A stretch of DNA of 64,000 nt. It comes from an uncultured cyanobacterium. GTDB lineage: Bacteria; Cyanobacteriota; Cyanobacteriia; PCC-9006; JAAUQQ01. How positions within the stretch are numbered: position 1 is the stretch's first letter; each line of letters starts with the position of its first letter. This document shows positions 10,083-19,188 of the stretch, one piece after another. The stretch spans positions 5,984,001 through 6,048,000 of the forward strand of contig OY970368.1 of NCBI GenBank assembly GCA_963718615.1. Direction: 5' to 3'. A program made the translations under genes and the position numbers. Under the pieces are notes generated by a model. That model searched no databases. It was not told the origin of the DNA and saw only the letters and a program-made list of their open reading frames with translations.

Positions 10083-12224
10083 TTAACACCTCTCTTGTTC
10101 GATTTTTTCGAGGTCTTTGGCGGCTCCGAGTTGGGTGTAGAGTTGGTGGGCGGTTTGGTAGTGATGTTGGGCGAGGGTGGGGTTGTTTTTGGCGCGGTGG
10201 AGTTGGGCGAAATGCCAGTGAATTTCGGCGAGAAGTTGAGTCATTCCGAGCTGTTGGGTTTGAGTGAATGCGTCTTGAAGGAGTGTTTCAGCTAGCTCAA
10301 GATTGCCACGACCTAATTCGTTGGCTCCTCGATCGCTCGTAACCCAAGCAATACCCTGCCGATCGTCCAATTCTTCACTCAGTTGCAGGGATTGCCAATA
10401 GAGCCGTTCCGCCTCGTCCCAGTTGCCGCGATTGCGCTCGATGTCGCCGAGGACGCCCCAAACTGCTGCTATGCCGGAGCGATCGCCCAATTCTTCACTC
10501 AGTTGCAGGGATTGCCGAAAGAGCCGTTCGGCCTCGTCCCAGTTGCCGCGTTTGCGCTCGATGTCGCCCAGCACGCCCCAGGAAGATGCCATGCCGGAGC
10601 GATCGCCCAATTCTTCCTCAATTTGTAGGCATTGCCGATAGAGCCGTTCCGCCTCGTCCCAGTTGCCGCGCTTGCGTTCGATGTCGCCGAGGACACCCCA
10701 GGAGGTTGCCATGCCGGAGCGATCGCCCAATTCTTCCATCATTTGTAGAGCTTGCCGAAAGAGCCGTTCGGCCTCGTCCCAGTTGCCGCGTTTGCGCTCG
10801 ATGTCGCCCAGCACGCCCCAGGAAGATGCCATGCCGGAGCGATCGCCCAATTCTTCCTCAATTTGTAGGCATTGCCGATAGAGCCGTTCCGCCGCGTCCC
10901 AGTTGCCGCGATTGCGCTCGATGTCGCCGAGGGAGCCCCAGGAGGTTGCCATACCGGAGCGATCGCCCAATTCTTCCCTCAGTTGCAGGGATTGCCGATA
11001 GAGCCGTTCCGCCTCGTCCCAGTTGCCGCGATTGCGCTCGATGTCGCCGAGGGAGCCCCAGGAGGTTGCCATACCGGAGCGATCGCCCAATTCTTCGCTC
11101 AGTTGCAGGGATTGCCGATAGAGCCGTTCCGCCTCGTCCCAGTTGCCGCGATTGCGCTCGATGTCGCCGAGGACGCCCCAGGAGGTTGCCATGCCGGAGC
11201 GATCGCCCAATTCTTCCATCAGTTGCAGGGATTGCCGAAAGAGCCGTTCCGCCGCGTCCCAGTTGCCGCGCTTGCGCTCGATGTCGCCGAGGACACCCCA
11301 GGAAGATGCCATGCCGGAGCGATCGCCCAATTCTTCCCTCAGTTGCAGGGATTGCCGAAAGAGCCGTTCCGCCGCGTCCCAGTTGCCGCGTTTGCGTTCC
11401 ACATCACCCAGGCAGCCGAGACAACGGCTTTCCCCGGCGCGATCGCCTGCTTGCCGATGAAGCTGAATCGCTTTCTTCAAGACACTTTTAGCACTCTCCC
11501 AATGGCCTCGGTCCCGCTCGGTAAACCCCAGGTTTTGGTATAGGCTTGCCAGTAACGGCGAATCCGGTTCCGTTGCCAACAGATCATCCAAAGCCTGCCA
11601 TTCTTCCCGAGCGGTTTTTCCCAATTCCGATTGCTCATCGTCCAGAGGCGGGCGGATAATCACCACCTCCGGTTCAATTTCATAAACCTCCGTCGATCCC
11701 TGCCAATTCACCACTACCGGCGGCGTTTGAAACTCAAATAACGCATTCCCCCGCCAACTCCAAAAATCCGGAGAAGCAGTTGCCAAGGCATCGGCCACAG
11801 CATTCGACACCCACAGCACAATCGGACAAGCAAACGCCCGCAACGCCTCCCTCGTCCACTGCAACGAAAACAGCAACCGCTCTCGATCAGACTTCTCCTC
11901 CCCCAAGCGCAAATCCAGCAAATCCGCAGCCCCCAAGGCCGTCACCATCGAGCCACGTCCAAGAACCACGCCCTGGGTTTGTAGATCCACTAATCCCTGG
12001 CGCAAACTGGGATTTTTTCCACTGAACCGAACCCGATAACAATGAATTCCTTTCGCCGTTAGTTCTGCTTCGTATTGTTGCGTCCAGCGCTCTTGATCGA
12101 CTGGGCGATCGCACACCGCCACCAGCAAATTCAACTTACCATCACTCGCCGTAATCGATAAGATCAACCGCCGTAAGGCCCGTAAATTCGCCTGTTCTTC
12201 CTCAATGGATAGGGCTGAAAGCAT
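10083..12224 (-). CDS. Tetratricopeptide-repeat protein with N-terminal inactive-STAND-like domain
   Basis: N-terminal LQWTREALRAFACPIVLW...PDFWSWR; about nine near-identical 40-aa TPR repeats. Confidence 0.85.
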   Translation of the reverse strand: MLSALSIEEEQANLRALRRLILSITASDGKLNLLVAVCDRPVDQERWTQQYEAELTAKGIHCYRVRFSGKNPSLRQGLVDLQTQGVVLGRGSMVTALGAADLLDLRLGEEKSDRERLLFSLQWTREALRAFACPIVLWVSNAVADALATASPDFWSWRGNALFEFQTPPVVVNWQGSTEVYEIEPEVVIIRPPLDDEQSELGKTAREEWQALDDLLATEPDSPLLASLYQNLGFTERDRGHWESAKSVLKKAIQLHRQAGDRAGESRCLGCLGDVERKRGNWDAAERLFRQSLQLREELGDRSGMASSWGVLGDIERKRGNWDAAERLFRQSLQLMEELGDRSGMATSWGVLGDIERNRGNWDEAERLYRQSLQLSEELGDRSGMATSWGSLGDIERNRGNWDEAERLYRQSLQLREELGDRSGMATSWGSLGDIERNRGNWDAAERLYRQCLQIEEELGDRSGMASSWGVLGDIERKRGNWDEAERLFRQALQMMEELGDRSGMATSWGVLGDIERKRGNWDEAERLYRQCLQIEEELGDRSGMASSWGVLGDIERKRGNWDEAERLFRQSLQLSEELGDRSGIAAVWGVLGDIERNRGNWDEAERLYWQSLQLSEELDDRQGIAWVTSDRGANELGRGNLELAETLLQDAFTQTQQLGMTQLLAEIHWHFAQLHRAKNNPTLAQHHYQTAHQLYTQLGAAKDLEKIEQERC
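10362..11400. repeat. 120-bp intragenic tandem repeat (~9 copies) encoding TPR units
   Basis: ccagttgccgcg recurs at exactly 120-nt spacing (10419, 10539, ... 11379). Confidence 0.95.
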
Positions 12225-12236
12225 TGCAGGCTCCCC

Positions 12237-13529
12237 CTAAATTAACTTGCGTCGTCTGAGCAAATCCTTCACAATCGGATGCAAGTCGTACCATAGATCG
12301 CCATTTTCATACTCCAAAACCATCAACCCATGGAGCATCTCCACAAAAGCATCTCCCTCGGCCCGTTCTAGGGTTTGATAAACCTGGGCTAGCAAGTCAT
12401 AATGGGTGCGAATTTGTCGGGCAAAATCATTGCGGAGATTGGCCACCGCTGCGGTCAAAATGCCATCATCCACTTGAATAGCAGTCCGCTCCGGCTCAAT
12501 CTCCAACTGCACCATACATTCCGTACAGCACTCCCGCCCAATCCGCACCAACTCCCGCATCACCCCACCACTTAGCAGGGCAATCTTACGCGATATTTCC
12601 GGTGCCAAAAGTCCCTCGGGAAACCGTTTTTCCAAAATTGTTTCAAACAGTTTCAGACTTTTTTCAATGGGCTCAGCCTCAGGATTGTGACAGTCCTCCT
12701 GACCAAAAAACTTCGCGACAGGAAAGAGTTGAGGACGTACGACCCCCTCAGAAGTTAAAGCCCCCATGATCCGAGGTTCCTGGAGCGCCGAAACCGGAAT
12801 CGTAAACACGATTTTGAATCCCGGTGAAAACAACGATTTGAGATTATTGCGATAGATCGGCTCAACTACACTCGGATCCAACTTGTCCAAGTCATCAATA
12901 ATGACCAATACGGGTTTTTGCGTCTTCCCCTGAATTGAAGCGGCGAGGCGATCGAGATTCCCCACCAGCTCTGAAATTCTGCGCTCATAGGTGCGCTCTA
13001 GCTCTTGCCGAAAGGCTTGCTCCCGTTGCAATTTCAGCGTGACAAATTTGAAGAGATCATCACCCCCCAAACCCATTTCAGACTTGGTTTCCGCTTCTTG
13101 GGTTTCTTTCCGCTGGGTAAACATCCACCCCAACAGCGATTTGCGAATGTCCTCAGCCACTGGGATATTCACCTTTGTGGCTTGGCTGAGGAGCATGATG
13201 GCGATCGCATACAAGATATTCACATGACTAACATCCGACATTTCGATCAAATCTGAGATCGAAAAGCGCACCACGAAATATTTTTTTTGCATTTCCGTGG
13301 CAAACTGCTTTAGCAACGTAGACTTCCCACAGCCCCGATGCCCCGCAAACACCAGTTTCCCGTCCTTTTCAGACGCCTCCACCTCTCGCCGTAGCCGCAC
13401 CAAAACTTCGCGGCCATATTCCACTCGGAACCGTTCAATATCTCTGGGTTCTAACAGCGGGAATAAATCTAAGTCACGGTAAGTCGCTTGCAAGCGCTCC
13501 AATAGCTCTTGGTTCATAGCGATGGGCAA
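12237..13529 (-). CDS. P-loop ATPase (STAND/KAP-like AAA)
   Basis: Walker A GHRGCGKST, Walker B VIIDDLDK, SGGVMRELVRI, C-terminal WYDLHP. Confidence 0.85.
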   Translation of the reverse strand: MPIAMNQELLERLQATYRDLDLFPLLEPRDIERFRVEYGREVLVRLRREVEASEKDGKLVFAGHRGCGKSTLLKQFATEMQKKYFVVRFSISDLIEMSDVSHVNILYAIAIMLLSQATKVNIPVAEDIRKSLLGWMFTQRKETQEAETKSEMGLGGDDLFKFVTLKLQREQAFRQELERTYERRISELVGNLDRLAASIQGKTQKPVLVIIDDLDKLDPSVVEPIYRNNLKSLFSPGFKIVFTIPVSALQEPRIMGALTSEGVVRPQLFPVAKFFGQEDCHNPEAEPIEKSLKLFETILEKRFPEGLLAPEISRKIALLSGGVMRELVRIGRECCTECMVQLEIEPERTAIQVDDGILTAAVANLRNDFARQIRTHYDLLAQVYQTLERAEGDAFVEMLHGLMVLEYENGDLWYDLHPIVKDLLRRRKLI

Positions 13530-13643
13530 GGGGGAGATTGAAAAATCTGTTTCATCTTACTCTAGTCTGTTGGCTCCGCCGTAGTGTTGGTAATACCCTC
13601 TGGATCCCGAGTCTTCACCCCTTGAGCCCTAGCATTCCCTTGC

Positions 13644-15164
13644 TCAAGCCCCCCGGATCCCAAACGTCTCCGCCACAAAACTGCCGTGTAATCCATAGGG
13701 CAAATGATGCGTGAGCCGAATCCGCGCCTGCTCGCTCAGATCCTGGGCCTGAAGAATCACCAAGTCCGAAGCATGGCGAGCAGCGTTGTAAATCAGCACC
13801 AACACCCAGCCATCATCCTCTGCGATACCACCGGGCCGGGGAACAAAGAGAGGTTCATTGATAAACCCACGGGGGGCAAAACTGTGGACTGGGCGATCGC
13901 GATATTGGCCCTCGCTGTGGCCCTCGCTTTGCGTATCCACCTTCATAATCGCCTGAAGCGGAGCATTCCCCGTCGAAGCATCGGTAACCCCCATGTAGTA
14001 ATAGCGGGCCGATTCTCCCACCGTATCGGGGTGTTGACTCGGGAACTCACAGGTGCGAGGTTCCAGGCAGTGGCGAGTCACTTGGCCCGTGGCAAGGTTT
14101 GCAGTGAAGCGGAAGAGCTGACCGGGGGTGACCTGGTCAAAATCAACGTTGAGGAAATCGATCGCCGAGTCCAGACTGGGGTAGGTTTCGTAGCAGATGG
14201 AATCGATCATGAGCTGATTAACCCCATCTACGGTCTGTTCGCAGGCATTGGCGTGGTGGAAGACGAAGCAGGGATCGGTGGTGAGCGATCGCACCGGCTC
14301 CTCCGGATCGCGAGGAATCAAAAGAATTTGCGTCGATTTCTGGGCATCCAAGCTAATACACTGACCCGCTCCCTTCAAGCCCAAAACAAAGGGAATCGGA
14401 TTGAGGCTAACGGGGTTTTGGAAAAAGACGTAGTAGTTCTCGGTGATCACAAAGTCGTGGAGAAAGGCAAAGCCAGGGACCGTGCGGCTTTGCTGTTGGG
14501 CGAGGCTACCGTCTTCTTCAAATTCATAGACTGAAATCGTACTGGAGAGTCCGGCCTTAACGCCAAAATTCACCAGCCGTCGCTTGCCGCCGGTCCGCTT
14601 GGACCCCGGATCAACGCGGGGATGGGCAGCAAAGGATTGACCCGGCTGGAGCAGTCCGTTCAGGTATTCTGGCCCTAGGGTATCGAGCGTGACCGGATCA
14701 AGGCGGAAAGGCTCGGCAGCTTCCCACAGGGCTAGCAACTGGTCGCCCCAGTAGCGCACGTTGGTATTGGCAATATTTTTGATTTTGACATCGAACAAAT
14801 TGGCCAACCACCCCCCCGGTTTTTGGGTGCCGAAAACGCCCCGGTAGAGGATCTTGCCCGCCTCCTGCTCGGCGATGAAGCCGGGGGTTCGCACGTAGCG
14901 ATTGCGAAAATACACCCGCCCTTCGGTGAAGGTAAACGCGCTGATCATGCCATCGCCATCGAAGGGATGGTGAAACCGTTGGCCGTTGATTTCCAGGCAA
15001 CCGGGACCATTGCGAAATAGCGTGCCGGTGAGTTCAGGGGGCAGTTCTCCGTCGATGTCCTCCACCCAGTAGGCCTGCTCTTCGGCCTGGGACTGATAGC
15101 CCCGTTGCCAATCGTCACGGCTAAAGGGGGCAGGAATGGCAGGGGGGTGGAGGATGCTGGTCAT
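13644..15164 (-). CDS. Carotenoid cleavage dioxygenase family protein
   Basis: GTLFRNGPG, HPFDGDG, AHP, HDF, FHHANA, EFP, EPLFVPR, GLHG motifs. Confidence 0.92.
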   Translation of the reverse strand: MTSILHPPAIPAPFSRDDWQRGYQSQAEEQAYWVEDIDGELPPELTGTLFRNGPGCLEINGQRFHHPFDGDGMISAFTFTEGRVYFRNRYVRTPGFIAEQEAGKILYRGVFGTQKPGGWLANLFDVKIKNIANTNVRYWGDQLLALWEAAEPFRLDPVTLDTLGPEYLNGLLQPGQSFAAHPRVDPGSKRTGGKRRLVNFGVKAGLSSTISVYEFEEDGSLAQQQSRTVPGFAFLHDFVITENYYVFFQNPVSLNPIPFVLGLKGAGQCISLDAQKSTQILLIPRDPEEPVRSLTTDPCFVFHHANACEQTVDGVNQLMIDSICYETYPSLDSAIDFLNVDFDQVTPGQLFRFTANLATGQVTRHCLEPRTCEFPSQHPDTVGESARYYYMGVTDASTGNAPLQAIMKVDTQSEGHSEGQYRDRPVHSFAPRGFINEPLFVPRPGGIAEDDGWVLVLIYNAARHASDLVILQAQDLSEQARIRLTHHLPYGLHGSFVAETFGIRGA

Positions 15165-15609
15165 GGAGGGGGAGTCATCGACAAAGGGTATTCATCTTCC
15201 ATGAAAGCGAAAATATTACGAAATGTAAAATAAACAAACCCCGAGCAGTCCTCTAAGCTGCTCAAGACTTGCAGGGAACCCCAGCTACGCGAGAAAAGCG
15301 AGAAGGATTGAGGAAGTCGATCTATCGGCATCCCGGAACTTTATGGAGCGACTTGACACCGGCTGAATGTATAGAAAAGTGGATGTATGAGCAACGAGAC
15401 CCAGGAGAATGATAGAAGATTTAAGACGACTCTCTCTTTAGCCTGATAGAACTGCCCCAACTTCTCCCCGCAGCGGGTAGACCCTGGATCCAAAATCACC
15501 GAAGATAGACCAAAGGTTCAAGCTGAACAATCGTTGCGGTCCCTACTGCAGGCGTGAGCGGCGTCCATTGAACCACCAGACGACATCTATCTAGGAGATA
15601 TCAAACGGT

Positions 15610-17523
15610 ATGGGTATTGACCTCGGCAAATTCCCGATTGATTTGAACCAATACAAATCTGTCTCGCTCGATCCTTCCGTCACCACGCTGACCGATGAGC
15701 AGCGGGAGGCGCTGAAGGCCAATATTCAGTTGTGTCGGGATGCGATCGTTTTCTTCACTGCTACCGGCGCAGCACGAGGCGTGGGCGGTCATACCGGCGG
15801 TCCCTACGACACCGTTCCCGAGGTGATGATCCTCGATGCCCTGTTCAAAAGCCAGCCGGACAAATTTGTGCCGACGTTCTTTGACGAAGCCGGACACCGG
15901 GTTGGAACCCAGTACTTAATGGCTACCCTGGCGGGGGATCTGCCCGCTGAGCAGTTGATGCAGTACCGTGCCGCCAATTCCAAGCTGCCCGGTCACCCCG
16001 AATTGGGTTTAACCCCCGGTGTCAAGTTCAGCTCCGGTCGTCTTGGCCATATGTGGCCCTATGTCAACGGTGTGGCCCTGGCGAATCCTGGTAAAACCTT
16101 GTTCTGTCTGGGTTCCGATGGGTCTCAGCAGGAGGGTAACGACGCAGAGGCCGCCCGTTTGGCTGTGGCGCAGCATATCAATGTCAAGCTGATTATTGAC
16201 GACAATGATGTGACGATCGCCGGTAACCCCTCCCAATACCTGGGTGGCTACAGCGTCAAGAAAACCCTGGAAGGTCATGGCCTTAAGGTTGTGGAATGTG
16301 ACGGTGAAGACATTGACGCCCTCTATGCCTGTATTTGCGAAGCGGTGAATACCCCTGGGCCGATCGCCGTCATTGCCAAGCGCCCCATGTGTCCCGGTAT
16401 CGAAGGACTGGAAGGCTCGAACCATGGCCACGACGTGATTTCCGTCAAAGCTGCCATCACCTATTTAGAATCCAAGGGCTACCAGTCCGCCGCCGACATC
16501 CTCAAAAACACCGTCGCTCCCAAAAACGAGTACCAGTTCCTTGGGGCCTCCAGCAAAATGGGTTCGAACCGCAACGTCTTTGGCGAAGCCATGGTGGAAG
16601 TCCTGGGCGGCATGAGCGAAGAAGAGCGTAAGAACAGCGTTCTCGTCGTCGATAGCGACCTAGAAGGCTCCTGCGGTCTTTCCCAAATCCGCAACGCTCA
16701 CCCAGAAATCTTCATCAGCGGCGGTATTCAGGAGCGGGGTAACCTCTCCGCTGCCGCTGGTTTTGGCATGGCCGAGGGTAAGCAAGGTGTATTTGCAACC
16801 TTTAGCGCCTTCTTGGAAATGTGTATTTCCGAGATTACCATGGCGCGCCTGAACAAGTCGAATTTGCTCTGCCATTTCTCTCACGCAGGCATCGACGACA
16901 TGGCAGACAACACCTGCCACTTCGGCATCAATAATATGTTTGCCGATAACGGGTTGGATGACGGTTACCCCACCCACCTGTTCTTCCCCGCCGACGCCAA
17001 CCAAATGACTGCCTGCGTCAAGGCTGTATTCAGCAACCCCGGTCTGCGCTTTATCTTCTCCACCCGCTCGAAGGTGCCGATGTTGCTAGATAGCGACGGC
17101 AATGAGCTGTTTGGTGGCGATTACGTTTTCACCCCTGGTAAGGACGACGTGGTACGCGAAGGTACTGCCGGTTACATCGTCGCCTTTGGGGATGCGGTTT
17201 ACCGGGCACTGGATGCGGTGGAACGGCTGAAGCAGGAGGGCATTAATGTGGGTTTGATCAACAAGGGCACATTGAATGTGGTGGATGAAGAGGTCATGGC
17301 TAAGATTGGCGCTTCGCCGTTTGTGATCACCGTCGAGCCCTTTAACAAGCGCACGGGTCTGGGCAGCCGCTTTGGTACTTGGTTACTGGAGCGTGGCCTG
17401 ACTCCGAAGTTTGCTTCCTTGGCGACCCATGAGGAAGGTTGCGGTGGCCTCTGGGAACAGTATGCCCACCAGGGCATTGATCCAGTGGGCATCATGAAGA
17501 AGGTCAAGGAATTGGTTGGCTAA
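15610..17523 (+). CDS. Transketolase-like ThDP-dependent enzyme
   Basis: GGHTGG, LPGHPE, SSGRLGH, GSDGSQQEG...DDN ThDP motif, GIQE, FATFSAF. Confidence 0.85.
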   Translation: MGIDLGKFPIDLNQYKSVSLDPSVTTLTDEQREALKANIQLCRDAIVFFTATGAARGVGGHTGGPYDTVPEVMILDALFKSQPDKFVPTFFDEAGHRVGTQYLMATLAGDLPAEQLMQYRAANSKLPGHPELGLTPGVKFSSGRLGHMWPYVNGVALANPGKTLFCLGSDGSQQEGNDAEAARLAVAQHINVKLIIDDNDVTIAGNPSQYLGGYSVKKTLEGHGLKVVECDGEDIDALYACICEAVNTPGPIAVIAKRPMCPGIEGLEGSNHGHDVISVKAAITYLESKGYQSAADILKNTVAPKNEYQFLGASSKMGSNRNVFGEAMVEVLGGMSEEERKNSVLVVDSDLEGSCGLSQIRNAHPEIFISGGIQERGNLSAAAGFGMAEGKQGVFATFSAFLEMCISEITMARLNKSNLLCHFSHAGIDDMADNTCHFGINNMFADNGLDDGYPTHLFFPADANQMTACVKAVFSNPGLRFIFSTRSKVPMLLDSDGNELFGGDYVFTPGKDDVVREGTAGYIVAFGDAVYRALDAVERLKQEGINVGLINKGTLNVVDEEVMAKIGASPFVITVEPFNKRTGLGSRFGTWLLERGLTPKFASLATHEEGCGGLWEQYAHQGIDPVGIMKKVKELVG

Positions 17524-17554
17524 TCAACTGCTGAATTCTGATTGTTCTTGACTA

Positions 17555-17592
17555 AAGAGGGCGTGTTGTCTTTGGGGCAATGCGTCCTTTTT
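17555..17592 (+). terminator. Probable intrinsic terminator after the transketolase gene
   Basis: gagggcgtgttgtc...ggcaatgcgtcc stem followed by a T run. Confidence 0.55.
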
Positions 17593-17894
17593 ATCGAAGC
17601 TCTCAAAATGCGTTACCTATTTGCTTTCTTAGGACAATCTTGGGCCTATCGCTCGTAGCTCACTGAAATCACAAAATACAGTTTCTTTAAGTTTAGTAAG
17701 TCCATCTATATAGATGCTTAAATGCAGAATAAATTCGGTATATGTGACACGCTCTTGAACTGGGTAACTGAATTCAGTATCTACAGACTAGTGTTCTAGC
17801 AGCAACGCCGGGCTATGGTTGCAACCATCCGAGAGATTCGAAACTTTGGCCACTCAGGCTATGATGAAGATTACGACTCTGTGAGGGCAATGCG

Positions 17895-18479
17895 ATGGCG
17901 GTTGCGGTTCAGCGCTTGACGTTAGCGGAATACCTCCAATACGACGACGGTGAGGATGGTCGCTATGAGCTACTTAATGGAGAACTGATACCAATGAGCT
18001 TGGGGACAGGTAAGCATGGTGAGATCATTCATAGCTTGGAGCGACAGTTCGAGCGAGAGATTGAAAATGCCGGACTGCCCTGGATTGCACGGAAAGGACT
18101 AATCGGAGTACAGTCTCCCAGGGCTGGACGTTGGGAAACCTCACGAATTCCGGACGTAACGGTTATGGTTGCGGAGCAATGGTACGGAATGGCCAATCGA
18201 GAAGCGGTCATATTGGCCCATGAAACTCCTCCGATTTTGGTGGTTGAAGTTGTGAGTGAATCGACAAAAACCGTAGATTACCGGGGAAAGGTATCTGAGT
18301 ATGCGGTGTTGAATATTAGTGAATATTGGATTGTTGATCCTTTAGATAATCGAGTAACTGTTTGTACGCTGGCAGATGGATTGTATGACCAACTTTTCTT
18401 CCAGGGAGATGAAGTGATTACTTCAAGTATCTTCCCAAACCTAACCTGCACCGCAGCACAGATTTTGGTAGGGTCTTGA
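17895..18479 (+). CDS. Uma2 family endonuclease
   Basis: RYELLNGELI, RIPDV, LVVEVVSES, EYWIVDP. Confidence 0.9.
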   Translation: MAVAVQRLTLAEYLQYDDGEDGRYELLNGELIPMSLGTGKHGEIIHSLERQFEREIENAGLPWIARKGLIGVQSPRAGRWETSRIPDVTVMVAEQWYGMANREAVILAHETPPILVVEVVSESTKTVDYRGKVSEYAVLNISEYWIVDPLDNRVTVCTLADGLYDQLFFQGDEVITSSIFPNLTCTAAQILVGS

Positions 18480-18511
18480 ACAGATCGAACTTCCATTAAT
18501 AGAACATCTTG

Positions 18512-18970
18512 CTACACAGGCTCCCCCGACGACGATGCCCTATCGGACAGATCTGTATTGTGCCGATCCTGCTGTAGCTTTTCTTCGAGTTCTTGGATTT
18601 GCCCCATGCGTGCTTCTAGTTCTAGGGTGCGGCGACCGAGTTCCTGGCTTTGCAACGTTAGCGCCTGTCGCCACTGCTCAGCTCGCTCTGCCTCTTGCTG
18701 GAGAAAATCAGCCGTCACCCCGCTACAGAGAAAATTTCGTACCACATCCAAGAGCCAAGTGGTTGCATCCTTGACCTCAGCGGTTTGGCGGTCTTCTGAC
18801 AACTCCACCAGCGTCAGCCCGACGCGCATCGGGGCGATGGGCGTGTTCAGTTCCACCGGCTCAGGTTCTGGAAAAACACGCCAGGCAAATTCAGAACGCT
18901 GCTGAGCCAAAAGCTTGAGCGTCAAAACCTGAACATCGGGATCGTGGCTAACATCAGCCAGGTAAAGCAT
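18512..18970 (-). CDS. Conserved cyanobacterial hypothetical coiled-coil protein
   Basis: MLYLADV...LKLLAQQ...EQWRQALTLQSQELGRR. Confidence 0.7.
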   Translation of the reverse strand: MLYLADVSHDPDVQVLTLKLLAQQRSEFAWRVFPEPEPVELNTPIAPMRVGLTLVELSEDRQTAEVKDATTWLLDVVRNFLCSGVTADFLQQEAERAEQWRQALTLQSQELGRRTLELEARMGQIQELEEKLQQDRHNTDLSDRASSSGEPV

Positions 18971-19188
18971 GGGTAGCAGGTATAGGTGAGCAACGAATGC
19001 TTTGGGTCGTTAGTGGGGCTACGGAACCGAGATAGGTTTAAGATGCCCGGATTCCGCAAAAATGACTACCGGATTAGCGCGGAACCTTATTGTTAAATAA
19101 CGTAGGCGAGAGCACAATCACGGAGATTGGCTCCCGCCTTTGGATCGTATTTATTCGGACATTCCCAGCGAAACGGCAAAAGTCAAGG

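Noticed and set aside
10383-11543. Long repetitive + strand ORFs (301 aa, 223 aa)
   Set aside because: They are antisense shadows of the 120-bp TPR repeat array.
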